A stretch of DNA of 63,130 bases, the filler included, from Octopus bimaculoides (Eukaryota): NCBI RefSeq assembly GCF_001194135.2. It is 6 parts of 6 records of this genome, joined end to end, with 100 filler letters (N's around TTAATTAATTAA, not from the genome) between each part and the next. Parts side by side here need not be neighbours in the genome. Positions count along the whole stretch, not along the records: positions 46,259 to 62,028 come from NC_068985.1; positions 62,129 to 63,130 come from NC_068987.1; 4 more parts are not named here. The stretch is one strand, 5' to 3'. Made by a program: the position numbers and the translations under genes. Below are positions 50,890-63,130 of this stretch, piece by piece. The notes beneath the pieces were generated by a model, which saw only the letters and a list, made by a program, of their open reading frames with translations, was not told the origin of the DNA and made no database searches. How positions within the stretch are numbered: the stretch's first letter is position 1; the number at the start of each line of letters is the position of its first letter.

Positions 50890-51168
50890 CTAATCCTGGG
50901 GCACTGGGATATCTAACACACTGCTTAAGTACCAATCTTGAGAAATTATACTTCTCAAAATCAGAATAGAGAAAGTTGATTCGAAGACTACATACAGATC
51001 CAAGCAATCGCTGAAACTGTGAAAATTTGTAAAACATTCCAGAAGATTATCATTTCAGTATATATGCGCATGTCTAGATATGCAGCTATATGCATGAGAA
51101 TACAAGCATAAAACAAAACATACAAATCTTCACATATACTGACTCCAAATACTGGACATATACATACA

Positions 51169-51202
<34 letters not shown>

Positions 51203-51345
51203 CATACATAAATACATACACACATGCAAAAATACCTCGTTGTTGTTGTTGAAGTTCCAATGTAGGAGACTTGAATCTAGGTTAGAAAACGGTTTCTTCT
51301 CTATTGGCAAGAAATCTTGAAACAAACCTGAATAATGATATACAT
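50890..51345 (+). mobile_element. Second copy of the (TACA)n-associated RLE lineage D (shorter 3' end)
   Basis: GALGYLTHCL..NLEKL.FSK.E...CKTFQKIII; same 3' UTR - (TACA)n - terminal module (tctaggttagaaa...ctctattggcaagaaatcttgaaa). Confidence 0.87.
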
Positions 51346-52082
51346 TCATGCACACATACATACTTAGATACATATATATATATATATAGATATATATTTC
51401 GTGTGCGCGTGCACGCATGAGTACATGCATACGTGCGTGTGTGTGTGTGTGTGTATAAATATACATAAGCATATACATATATTAATATGAAGATACGAAA
51501 GGAAAAATGTTCGTAAGCTCGTTGACTAGGTAACAGACAAACCAGAATATCATCTTCAAGATAAGTGGGGGAAAAGAAATGGTTGATACTATTGAAAAGG
51601 AATAACGAAAAATATAAGGTAAACAACAATAACAACAAGAAAACAACAATAAAATCAACAATCGCAATAATCACAACATAAACCCATAAACAATTTCATA
51701 ATGTTATCTGGTTTACTAAAAATAATCTTATGGTATGAAGATAGCAATATATTTATTGCTAACTTTCTCAGTTCAAACGTACAGAATTCTAAAGCTCTGA
51801 GTTAGTTTATTTGTTTTTGTTTTTTTTTCTTTCGTTATTTGCATCAAATCCAGCTGGAATCGACTTAGCCTATCATCATTCTGAAATCGATAAAATACGT
51901 ACCTGTCAAGTTTTGGAATTGATATAATCGACTAAAGTCTACATCTTCATAGTGGAATCTGTGACTTTGCTTTGTTTGGGAAACCAATATTTCTAACATC
52001 AAAAAGAGGTCAGTGGTGGAGAAGGTTCACTACCGTGTTACTTTTAGCTGTTTGCTTGCATTACATATATATATATACATAC

Positions 52083-52137
<55 letters not shown>

Positions 52138-53046
52138 NNNNNNNNNNNNNNNNNNNNNNNNNNNNNNNNNNNNNNNNNNNNNNNNNNNNNNNNNNNNNNN
52201 NNNNNNNNNNNNNNNNNNNNNNNNNNNNNNNNNNNNNNNNNNNNNNNNNNNNNNNNNNNNNNNNNNNNNNNNNNNNNNNNNNNNNNNNNNNNNNNNNNNN
52301 NNNNNNNNNNNNNNNNNNNNNNNNNNNNNNNNNNNNNNNNNNNNNNNNNNNNNNNNNNNNNNNNNNNNNNNNNNNNNNNNNNNNNNNNNNNNNNNNNNNN
52401 NNNNNNNNNNNNNNNNNNNNNNNNNNNNNNNNNNNNNNNNNNNNNNNNNNNNNNNNNNNNNNNNNNNNNNNNNNNNNNNNNNNNNNNNNNNNNNNNNNNN
52501 NNNNNNNNNNNNNNNNNNNNNNNNNNNNNNNNNNNNNNNNNNNNNNNNNNNNNNNNNNNNNNNNNNNNNNNNNNNNNNNNNNNNNNNNNNNNNNNNNNNN
52601 NNNNNNNNNNNNNNNNNNNNNNNNNNNNNNNNNNNNNNNNNNNNNNNNNNNNNNNNNNNNNNNNNNNNNNNNNNNNNNNNNNNNNNNNNNNNNNNNNNNN
52701 NNNNNNNNNNNNNNNNNNNNNNNNNNNNNNNNNNNNNNNNNNNNNNNNNNNNNNNNNNNNNNNNNNNNNNNNNNNNNNNNNNNNNNNNNNNNNNNNNNNN
52801 NNNNNNNNNNNNNNNNNNNNNNNNNNNNNNNNNNNNNNNNNNNNNNNNNNNNNNNNNNNNNNNNNNNNNNNNNNNNNNNNNNNNNNNNNNNNNNNNNNNN
52901 NNNNNNNNNNNNNNNNNNNNNNNNNNNNNNNNNNNNNNNNNNNNNNNNNNNNNNNNNNNNNNNNNNNNNNNNNNNNNNNNNNNNNNNNNNNNNNNNNNNN
53001 NNNNNNNNNNNNNNNNNNNNNNNNNNNNNNNNNNNNNNNNNNNNNN

Positions 53047-53160
53047 TTGACAACCGATGCTGGTGTGTTTACGTCCCCGTAACTTAGCGGTTCGGCAAAA
53101 GCGACCGATAGAATAAGTACTAGGCTTACAAAGAATAAGTCCTGGGGTCGATTTGCTCGA
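53047..53160 (+). mobile_element. SINE family B 3' portion
   Basis: ttgacaaccgatgctggtgtgtttacgtccccgtaacttagcggttcggcaaaa. Confidence 0.85.
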
Positions 53161-54077
53161 TATATGGCTTTGGCAAAAGTAGCGGGAGCTTTCTCTAGCC
53201 TTGGGAAATCTATTTAACTCATAGATGGGACCCTGACAGGTAGTATCTTTCTGGGTCAGAACGGAGCTAGGAGTTATGGTAATTAAGGAGTGACTCCACA
53301 CAATGTGTATATGTCTCTCTCTCTCTGTTGACAAACAATCTTTACTACAAAGTATTGTTGCTGAATATCTCACGTTGTGAGATTTTAAAATAGTAACGCC
53401 TGATTTAGTCGAACAAATTGACCCAAGTATTTTTTTCAAATTCCCACACTTGTTCTGTCACTTTTTTGCCGAACCGCTGCGTTATTGAGTCGTAAACAGA
53501 TCCCTGCTAATTATCAAGCGTTTATGGGACAAACAATAAACCACGCAAACACATACATGTATACATATACATTGACTTTGTACCTGTTTTTATGTTATAT
53601 AAAGAAATATGATAACATAAAAACAGGTACAACGAGTGAAAATTACGTAGACACACGATCGATAAGTATAATACAAATTACCAAAAAATATACAATAAGA
53701 ACAGGATATCACCAACGAGTGAAACATACGTAAACACATGAGAGACACAAGTAAGGGACAAATTATCAAAAGAAGTCTAATCCCTCCTCAGTTGTTGACT
53801 GTTAGTTACTACTTACTTCGAGCTTTCAACGACAATATGGGAAAACTTCATAAACACAGCTTCCAGAAATTTTTGAAATATAAAATTTCTGAAGAGTTAG
53901 AGCTTCGAACAAACAAGCAAGGAGAGAAGGAGAGAATGGACGTACAGGGTAAACAATCGACGAAAGCAAACATTAACAGCCGTTAGGCCAAGACGCATTG
54001 TAATGGATAACGCCTGGGAGAAGTTTTGAAAGGATATAGAATAAATCCAAGACAAGAAAATTGTAATACATAATATG

Positions 54078-54135
<58 letters not shown>

Positions 54136-54674
54136 NNNNNNNNNNNNNNNNNNNNNNNNNNNNNNNNNNNNNNNNNNNNNNNNNNNNNNNNNNNNNNNNN
54201 NNNNNNNNNNNNNNNNNNNNNNNNNNNNNNNNNNNNNNNNNNNNNNNNNNNNNNNNNNNNNNNNNNNNNNNNNNNNNNNNNNNNNNNNNNNNNNNNNNNN
54301 NNNNNNNNNNNNNNNNNNNNNNNNNNNNNNNNNNNNNNNNNNNNNNNNNNNNNNNNNNNNNNNNNNNNNNNNNNNNNNNNNNNNNNNNNNNNNNNNNNNN
54401 NNNNNNNNNNNNNNNNNNNNNNNNNNNNNNNNNNNNNNNNNNNNNNNNNNNNNNNNNNNNNNNNNNNNNNNNNNNNNNNNNNNNNNNNNNNNNNNNNNNN
54501 NNNNNNNNNNNNNNNNNNNNNNNNNNNNNNNNNNNNNNNNNNNNNNNNNNNNNNNNNNNNNNNNNNNNNNNNNNNNNNNNNNNNNNNNNNNNNNNNNNNN
54601 NNNNNNNNNNNNNNNNNNNNNNNNNNNNNNNNNNNNNNNNNNNNNNNNNNNNNNNNNNNNNNNNNNNNNNNNNN

Positions 54675-54708
<34 letters not shown>

Positions 54709-56383
54709 AGGTAGATGGATTGACGGACAAATAGATAGATAAACTGACGTATGTCTGTAACACACATCACCAGAAAAAATAAAATAAACAGGAAAATAAC
54801 AAGTGATTAAGGTGAATTAAAATATGTTTGGACGTTTCGTCGCGTAAATTATAATAAGGATGATAAATGATCGACTTAATTACCATTTCTATAGATCGGT
54901 GCTTTCAGGAAGAACTTCATTCAGTTTGTATTATAAAACGGTGTTACTCGAGAACATTCTAATATAATGATAAGGCCATTACAAAAACAACGATTATCTA
55001 AAGAAAAACATTACCTCCATCTAATTTTCATTTAAATGTATAGAAAAATATATATTATTGTAGACAAGATAAATGATACTTTATAATTGTAAATATAGAA
55101 CAGTTTGTCTAAAGGGGGAAATTTAGGGCAAAAGTATATAAGGTTAAAGAAAATTTGTTCGTAAAAAAGAGATTAATTGTAAACTACATAAAGAACTTTA
55201 TTTATTTATTTGCCAGGCAAACTTGCCCTGCAAATGTTAAANNNNNNNNNNNNNNNNNNNNNNNNNNNNNNNNNNNNNNNNNNNNNNNNNNNNNNNNNNN
55301 NNNNNNNNNNNNNNNNNNNNNNNNNNNNNNNNNNNNNNNNNNNNNNNNNNNNNNNNNNNNNNNNNNNNNNNNNNNNNNNNNNNNNNNNNNNNNNNNNNNN
55401 NNNNNNNNNNNNNNNNNNNNNNNNNNNNNNNNNNNNNNNNNNNNNNNNNNNNNNNNNNNNNNNNNNNNNNNNNNNNNNNNNNNNNNNNNNNNNNNNNNNN
55501 NNNNNNNNNNNNNNNNNNNNNNNNNNNNNNNNNNNNNNNNNNNNNNNNNNNNNNNNNNNNNNNNNNNNNNNNNNNNNNNNNNNNNNNNNNNNNNNNNNNN
55601 NNNNNNNNNNNNNNNNNNNNNNNNNNNNNNNNNNNNNNNNNNNNNNNNNNNNNNNNNNNNNNNNNNNNNNNNNNNNNNNNNNNNNNNNNNNNNNNNNNNN
55701 NNNNNNNNNNNNNNNNNNNNNNNNNNNNNNNNNNNNNNNNNNNNNNNNNNNNNNNNNNNNNNNNNNNNNNNNNNNNNNNNNNNNNNNNNNNNNNNNNNNN
55801 NNNNNNNNNNNNNNNNNNNNNNNNNNNNNNNNNNNNNNNNNNNNNNNNNNNNNNNNNNNNNNNNNNNNNNNNNNNNNNNNNNNNNNNNNNNNNNNNNNNN
55901 NNNNNNNNNNNNNNNNNNNNNNNNNNNNNNNNNNNNNNNNNNTATGCGTTATGTAGAAAGAAAAAATATTAAATGTATATACTCTTTACTCTTTGGTGTA
56001 AATTCCTCAACTTAACCCAGAAGAGGTTGTCTCCTCTATAATGGTAAATCACCAGCACATCACGCATACATACGCACACACACACACACATACACACGCA
56101 CACGCACGCACACACGCACACACGCACACACAAAAATTAGAAGCTATTATTTACACACACACACATATATTACTTACACACACACATATATGACGGGTTC
56201 CACACAATTTTCGTCCACCACACTTATTTACAAGTCGTTGGTCAGCCCGGGACTACAGCAGAAGACACTTGCCCAATGCGTCACGCCGAGGAACCGAACC
56301 GGAAACCAAGTTGCTGCAAAGCGAGCCTCTTAAGCACCCATCTTATTTCATTAAAAACGTTACTTCCGGTGTGTTATCTACAC

Positions 56384-56568
56384 CAGTGCTCCACAACCTT
56401 TTTTCACTTACAGTACACTTATATCCGTTTCAAAATTCGGTGGTACACCTGAACTAAAAATATAACTAAAAGTATAGGAAAAGAATTATATTCAGGTTAC
56501 ACTGCGGCACACCTTCCATCGTCTCATAGCACACCAGTGTGCCGCGAAATACCGGTTGCGGAGCACTG
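56384..56568. mobile_element. hAT (Charlie-like) MITE, 185 bp
   Basis: TIRs cagtgctccacaac / gttgcggagcactg (13 of 14 match); perfect 8-bp TSD atctacac at 56376-56383 and 56569-56576. Confidence 0.93.
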
Positions 56569-56623
56569 ATCTACACTCCTAATTATTCTTGTTTACATTT
56601 GTGTACGCTGTATACCATGAACG

Positions 56624-57000
56624 GTGGAGGCGCAATGGCCCAGTTGTTAGGGCAGCGGACTCGCGGTCATAGGATCGCGGTTTCGATTCCCAGACCGGGC
56701 GCTGCGAGTGTTTATTGAGAGAAAACACCTAAAGCTCCACGAGGCTCCGGCAGGGGATGGTGGCGAACCCTGCTGTACTCTTTCACCACAACTTTCTCTC
56801 GTTCTTTCTTCCTGTTTCTGTTTTGCCTGTAATTCAAAGGGTCAGCCTTGTCACACTGTGTCACGCTGAGAACTACGTTAAGGGTACACGTGTCTGTGGA
56901 GTGCTCATCCACTTGCACGTTAATTTCACAAGCAGGTTGTTCCGTTGATCGGATCAACTGGAACCCTCGACGTCGTAAGCGACGGAGTGCCAACAACAAC
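56624..57000 (+). mobile_element. tRNA-derived SINE family C, full length
   Basis: A-box-like tggcccagttgttag, B-box-like ggtttcgattccc (56679-56691), 3' end acggagtgccaacaacaac. Confidence 0.9.
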
Positions 57001-57164
57001 GCTGTATGCGATGAACTATTAAATAACACTTGTAATTAATTTGAGATAGTTCATTAACCTTAAGAAAATAGATATATTTTAGACGAGATCATCGTAATAT
57101 CTGAGCTGTTTTTCTTTTTTTTTTTTTTTTCCTCGAGAAAATTCTGGGTATCGACCAAAATCAA

Positions 57165-57890
57165 TTGATTGGTCTGCTCCGAGAAATCCTTGGTTTGGCT
57201 GTGCTATCGGGGTGGTGTAATGGCTTCGTCGGTTCGGGATTAACTCCACAAGCATGGTAGTGCCGTCAGTCGCCCCTGCCTAACAGGCGCAAAACTGTCC
57301 TGCACCTTCTCGTACTGTACTCAAGCATTGCTGACCTGTGGAGATATGTCGAACAACTAACTGCACGTGTAGGACGGATCCGGCTTTCGGCTAACGCCAT
57401 CGCGGAGGTCACACCGCCGCATTCCTTTAGTTGAGAAGGGCAAGCAGTTTTTTCTGTGTCTGGCAGCGGCTATGACAAAAGCGGTTCAGTGGAGGACGAG
57501 ACTGAAAAGAAAGAATACAGACACTTTCCTCTTCGGCCAAGCTCTCATCAACTTTTTAAACTCCATTTGAAAAGGCATGTGAGGATTGAAAGGGACGTGC
57601 CACCTATTAGTAAATTTGTTGGAAGGGGGTGAATGTGGCCTCAAGTGAGTGGGCCTACTATAAGCTGTCGCCTGTAGGCTGAGGAGTACGGAGGGGAAAG
57701 GAATACTTGCCGTGGCATTCTTGGTGAGTTCGATGGATCGGTGTCTGTGGGTTTTCGAGGTTATCCCTAAGAAACGTTTGTTCTTCTACAGGGAAAGTTG
57801 TTAGTTAAACATCTTTTTGTTAATTGTTATTATTATTTCTGCTTGCTCTATTCTATGTAAATCCCCATTATCCTCTAGCTTTGTACTGTC
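57165..57890 (+). mobile_element. Tx1/L1-like LINE 3' part
   Basis: Same family: ADLWRYVEQL...GRIRLSANAI...VFLCLAA...AVQWRTRLK...FLFGQALINFFKLHLKR. Confidence 0.8.
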
Positions 57891-57904
57891 CTAGATTTCT
57901 TTCT

Positions 57905-58088
57905 TGCGGTCTAGCATTTCGTCCGTCTTTACGTGCTGGCCTCAAAATCCGCCGAGGTCGACTTTGCCTTTCATTCTTTCGGGATCGATAAAATAAGTGC
58001 CAGTTGAACACTGGGGCCGATGTAATCGGCTATACTTCTTCCCCAAAATTACAGGCCTTGTGCCAAAATTTGAAACTATTATTTATTA
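57905..58088 (+). mobile_element. SINE family A copy with short (ATT)n tail
   Basis: ccgccgaggtcgactttgcctttcattctttcgggatcgataaa...ggccttgtgccaaaatttgaaactattatt. Confidence 0.87.
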
Positions 58089-58089
58089 T

Positions 58090-58410
58090 TATTCAGTAGT
58101 TTTATTTTTATAACGTGCTTTCACTTCACTACCGAGCGCAACTCTGCGCGCCTTGGGTATGTGCTGTGGTTTACTGTGGTGCTCTTGTGTTTACTGTATT
58201 GAAAGTGTTTTGCGTAGGATGTGTGCAGTACCCAGTAGTGCAATTTTCTGTATGTTATATATATTTGTAAGTCCTGGTGTTTTTATGTATTTGTCTGAAT
58301 ATTTTTTTATTATACCTAAGGCACCTACTATGATAGGAATTCTTTCTGTTTTTAGACTCCACATTCGAGTTATCTCTATTTCCAGGTCTTTGTATTTAAA
58401 TTTTTTTTTT
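58090..58410 (-). mobile_element. R4/Dong-like lineage B 3' end, tail-to-tail with SINE A
   Basis: KYKTWK/DLEIEITRMWSLKTE...IVGALGII...GTAHILRKTLSIQ*; (TAA)n on both sides. Confidence 0.9.
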
Positions 58411-58422
58411 TTTAATTATTAC

Positions 58423-58470
<48 letters not shown>

Positions 58471-59334
58471 GAGCCGGCAAAAATAAGTACCAATCAAGTA
58501 GTAGGATTGATGTAATCAATTAGCCCCCTCCCACCAAAATTTTAGGCCTTGTGCCTATAGCTGAAAGGATTATTATTTTTATTGTTGTTTTTATTTCAAA
58601 ATGATGTTTTAAAGAAAGTACATCTAATGTTCTTTAAATGGCTTCAGTGACTCTACTACAATGTAACTGATAATTCACAACATCCCACAACATGATATCA
58701 TTTATGAAATTCCGTAATACATTCAAATTATTCCAGTTAAAGAAGAAATATGGCAAAAGAAATGAAACTAAAAAAATAAATAAATACAACGCCAAATTCT
58801 ACATTACAGCACAAATTCAAACTATTATGTGCTCTACAGAATATTCCAGTTATGTATCATTTTCGGTAATATTATTCCGTGCCAGAAAGTCTGTGAGAAC
58901 TCATCAAACCACTACCATCTGTTTATTCTTTAAGAATGACCCAAATTAAAGGGTGTCTTCCCTTCAAGACGCTAATGTTTTCGGGTTGAAGAATTAGATA
59001 AACCGCTAATTCGTTTGCAGCCAGATTTGCTGATGTTTGCGATAAAAATATGTTTTTGCTGGCTGCACTCTTCGTATTCGTTCCTCCTCGTCCTTCCTTA
59101 ACCCCCAGCTCAATATTGTCACAGAGGGTGGCATTCTCAGAAATAATAACACCCTCTTGACTGGTGAAAAAAAAAAATAAAAGAGAGAGCGAGTTAGGCA
59201 TAGACGATTTTAAATACTTTGGAGGAACTCAGATGAAAATGTAAAGCTTTCAATTTATGTTCCCATTACTGGTCTGTGTATTTAAGAGCAGGAGAGCAGA
59301 GGAGATAGACAGATATATATATATATATATATAT

Positions 59335-59396
<62 letters not shown>

Positions 59397-59399
59397 TGT

Positions 59400-59445
<46 letters not shown>

Positions 59446-59597
59446 CAGAGAGAGAGAGAGAGAGGGGGGAGAGTGATATAGTGAGAGAGAGAGAGAGGAG
59501 AGAGATATAGTGAGAGAGAGATAAATAGAAAGATAGAGAGAGAGATAGTAAGAGAGAAAATGATGAAAGTGAGAAAAAGAGTGAGTGAGTTTGTGTG

Positions 59598-59640
<43 letters not shown>

Positions 59641-59899
59641 CTGTGTGTGTGTGTATTCAGATTCTGTACGCTACTATGTATGAGCTATGGGCGAAATAGT
59701 GAACGGCAACCGCAAAATTTTATTTTTTAACGGAAAATCGGATTTATGAAAAAATAACGGTCTACAAATCGCTAGAATACTATTCAATTCATAGAAACAA
59801 TAGCCACAAAGCCAGCATGTGTCAATCTGTGTATGTTGTGTGCGTGACATTGTGTGTGTGTGTGTGTGTGTATGTGTGTGTGTGTGCGCGCGCGCGCGT

Positions 59900-60122
59900 G
59901 TGTTGCTGAAGTCCACTCAGCTGGAAAAAATAAGTTGTACCTGTATTCTCAGAAGGCCAGCCTTGTTACGTTCTTTGTCACGCTGAATCTCCCAGAGAAC
60001 TTAAACGAAACGTACGCGTGTCTGTGGAGTGCTCAGCCACTTGCACGTTAATTTCACGAGCAGGATGTTCCGATGATCGGATCACCTGGAACATTCCGTC
60101 ATCGTAACCAACGGAGAGCCAG
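59900..60122 (+). mobile_element. SINE family C 3' half
   Basis: gtgtctgtggagtgctcagccacttgcacgttaatttcacgagcagg...gtcgtaacc-like end. Confidence 0.82.
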
Positions 60123-60554
60123 TACGTGTGTGTGTGTTTGTGTTTGTGTGTGTGTGTGTTTGTGTGTGTGTGATTTATGCGAGTAAGAAAACAGATGCTC
60201 AATAGACAAGCGAAAAACTCGTAACAATTAGCAACCAAATCTCTTTCAACTTATACGCCACTGTCTTGAAAAAAATAAGTCATTGAACTATATAATCTTA
60301 GATACAAAATAAGACTGGATGGTCATAGCTAGAATATCTTTTAGTGGGTGTTTTTGATGTAGGTTGATCTGGGACTGAGCAACAACAACAACAACAACAT
60401 ATAAACCACCATGTCGCTTAATCTCACCATACAGCTACCGCGATGTGAACCAGCATGAAAACCTCTACGTGGGCTTTAATATTATACATCTTGGTCTTAA
60501 ACAGGGTACATTGAATAATGAAGTCTGTAGATACATCATTCTTTCCATTCTTTA

Positions 60555-60770
60555 TAGAGGCATAATGTCAGTAATTTTGAGGAGAGGGGCCAGTCGATTG
60601 TTTTAAGCTCAGTACTTGGATGGTACTTTATTTTATTGATCGCGGAAGAAAGAAAAACAAAGTTGATCCTGGCGGGATTTAAGCTCGGAATGTAAAGAGC
60701 CGGAAGAAATGCTGCTAAGCATTTTGTCTGGCTTACTTAGGATTCTGCGGCCAGGCAGAATCGTTAGCAT
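60555..60770 (-). mobile_element. SINE family A copy
   Basis: Reverse-complement core: ggtactttattttattgatc...aaagttgatcctggcgg...ctaagcatttt. Confidence 0.7.
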
Positions 60771-60796
60771 GTCTGCTTTTGCAGCAGGTTGTATGT

Positions 60797-60857
<61 letters not shown>

Positions 60858-60958
60858 TTTACAGTAAAGGGATACTATGGTTCTCAGTCAGTACCATAGC
60901 TAGAATGCTAAATTGCTGCAATGCGTTTCCATTTTGTTGTTGCTATTGCTGCTGCTGC

Positions 60959-60989
<31 letters not shown>

Positions 60990-61852
60990 GCATCGGCAGC
61001 GCTGAGTCGACATCTCACACCTCGGGTCTAACAGTTCAAAGCCATTTAAAAATTATAAAGACATTGGTTAGTCTTACAGAACCAATCTTCAAAGTATATT
61101 CATTGACAACTGTAATCTCATTAAATATATCAAAGTAGCAGTCAGCAACCATCTTAGTCTTCTTATCAATCAGCAGGAAACGAAAATACCTCCACCTTTT
61201 TAATCTGAAGCGCTACCTTTAATCCATCTAATCGCTTATCTCACTAACTTCCGCAGTAAATATCCATTTGACGCGTCTTATAATATTTTCACTAGATTTC
61301 GCTCAAGTATTTTCTTTCCCTTTTTGTTTTATATCCAACGGATCTAAATTCAAATCGGTATCGCAGTGAAAGGAGATGATTGCATTACATGTTTCGTAAA
61401 AGAAAAAAAAAGTGAGACTATTTCTGGCAAAGTGAGAGCTCGTGATACAGAGGGAATCGTGTTCTCCTTGTGGTAGAAAAAAAAATTAGAGAAAATTCCC
61501 TCTTTTTATCACAGAAACAGATGCACAAACACATGCGAAGGCCCGGCTATATCTGTCTCTGTCTGACTGCCTGTCTGTCTGCATGTATGTACGTACGTAT
61601 GTATGTACGTACGTATGTATGTACGTACGTATGTATGTATGTATGTCTTTCTATTTGTTTGCTGTCTATCTATCTGTCTGTCTGTCTGTTTGTCTGTGTG
61701 TCTCATTCTGTCTCTGTCTATCTTTCTATCGCTCTCTCTCTCTCTGTAGGTATCTATCTATCAATCTATCTATCAACCAATCTGTCTGTCTGTCTATCTG
61801 CCTGTTTGTGTGTGTTTATACACACACACACGCACGCACACACGCACGCACG

Positions 61853-61925
<73 letters not shown>

Positions 61926-62559
61926 CTACACTGTTACACACAAGCCTAAGATACTATCTAGTGACGTAAGGCCGAATGTGCGTAACGTTCGTATGTATAT
62001 ATGGCGGTGAGAAAAATAAATTAAAAATNNNNNNNNNNNNNNNNNNNNNNNNNNNNNNNNNNNNNNNNNNNNTTAATTAATTAANNNNNNNNNNNNNNNN
62101 NNNNNNNNNNNNNNNNNNNNNNNNNNNNTTCCATTTTTCCTTATTTTATTTATTTTTTCTTTTGTGTTTTAATTTTCTCATTAGGGATATTTTTTTTTAA
62201 TTTCCTCAAACTTCCATTTTAAGCTATTTTTAAATTACTTTACCGTATTTAATAATATCTTCTTTTTTTTTTACTATTCGAAACAGAATGGTAAGAGCAG
62301 TGTTCTCGAAGACAGCTTAGGCCAAGTGGCATTGCCTTCACCACCACCACCACCACCACCACCACCACCATCCCGCCCAGTACCTCGTACTTCTTTAGCT
62401 CTTCTCTGTACGATCCAGTACCGTAATAAGTCAAAATATTGTAGCAAACCATAGTAATCTATTCTAAATATACTTGCTGTTCATAGTCAATGTGACGGAC
62501 ATTTGTCAACGTTGTGGTTCAGACGCAGGTCAGCCGTGATCAAACTTGTCTAATGAGCC

Positions 62560-62772
62560 TTTTTACTCTAGGCACAAGGCCTGAAAGTTTGTGGGGTGAG
62601 AGCAAGTTGATAACATCGACTCTAGTACTTCACTGGTACTTATTTCATCGACCACGGAAGCATGAAAAGCAAAGCCGATCTCGGAGGAATTTGAACTCAG
62701 GACGTAAAGACAGGCGAAATGCCGCTAAGCATTTTGCCCAGCGTGCTAATGTTTCCACCAGCTCGCCGCCTT
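62560..62772 (-). mobile_element. SINE family A copy
   Basis: ctaggcacaaggcctgaaa...atcgacc...gaaaagcaaagccgatctcggaggaatttgaactcaggacgtaaagac. Confidence 0.85.
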
Positions 62773-62816
62773 GGATAATAATAATAATGATGATGATGAT
62801 GATAATAATAATAATG

Positions 62817-62875
<59 letters not shown>

Positions 62876-62876
<1 letters not shown>

Positions 62877-63130
62877 TTCAAGAATTAGACGAACTAGAAA
62901 CACCCGCAGAAAAAGCTAAGCGCTCGAAAACCCGTGCTAAAGTTGCTACCTTAGATATTATGACTGATAAATGGCATGGAAAACCTCTCAATGGCAAATA
63001 CCCAAAGAGAGCGAATAATGCAGATATTGACAAAGCCCTTACCCATCAATGGCTAATGGCCTCTGGCTTGAAATCAAAAACAGAGGGGTTTATCATAGCA
63101 GCCCAAGATCAATGCCTACCTACAAAGAAC
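62876..63130 (+). mobile_element. 5'-truncated R4/Dong-like element starting right after (TAA)n and running off the window
   Basis: DKWHGKPLNGKYP...THQWLMASGLKSKTEGFIIAAQDQCLPTKN (W..KPLHG / LK.ETEG.IIAAQDQ motif). Confidence 0.88.

Noticed and set aside
56624-56700. tRNA gene
   Set aside because: The tRNA-like head continues into a 380-bp body repeated at 24345 and 59900, so it is a SINE head.
58923-59160. Minus-strand exon after a strong polypyrimidine acceptor at 59161
   Set aside because: No recognisable peptide or clear donor; poly-T-CAG arises often in this composition. RNA-seq would be needed.
62274-62480. 68-codon minus-strand open frame (DYYGLLQYFDLLRYWIVQRRAKEVR...G10...)
   Set aside because: No start codon, weak acceptor, includes a (GGT)n microsatellite, and the length is within chance.

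Overview
Repeat-dense, gappy, AT-rich animal genomic DNA, most likely an octopus (coleoid cephalopod) draft scaffold. That assignment is inferred from the SINE/LINE families, the microsatellite load and the N-TTAATTAATTAA-N scaffolding spacers. There is no recognisable intact host gene, rRNA, tRNA or CRISPR array, and most ORF-track entries are microsatellite or N-gap artefacts. Reading through stops and frameshifts recovers: a hAT transposase fossil (about 2.4-4.6 kb), a Tigger/pogo fossil split by a SINE (38.0-39.1 kb), an internally deleted maT-like Tc1/mariner (41.5-42.4 kb), a hAT MITE with a perfect 8-bp TSD (56.4 kb), two foldback elements, two Penelope-like elements with hammerhead-ribozyme motifs, RTE, CR1-like and Tx1/L1-like LINE fragments, three recurrent SINE families, and about ten 3' fragments of R4/Dong-like restriction-endonuclease retrotransposons. 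The most notable features are: (1) several retroelement lineages stacked in (TAA)n tracts, including tracts made by SINE tails, plus a separate lineage tied to (TACA)n; (2) a near-canonical minimal hammerhead at 24058-24105; (3) a 3.2-kb satellite built from interleaved 43-bp and 79-bp units; (4) one candidate terminal exon of an unidentified minus-strand gene at 31091. All family assignments come from remembered motifs, not database searches, and element boundaries are approximate unless TIRs or TSDs are given.
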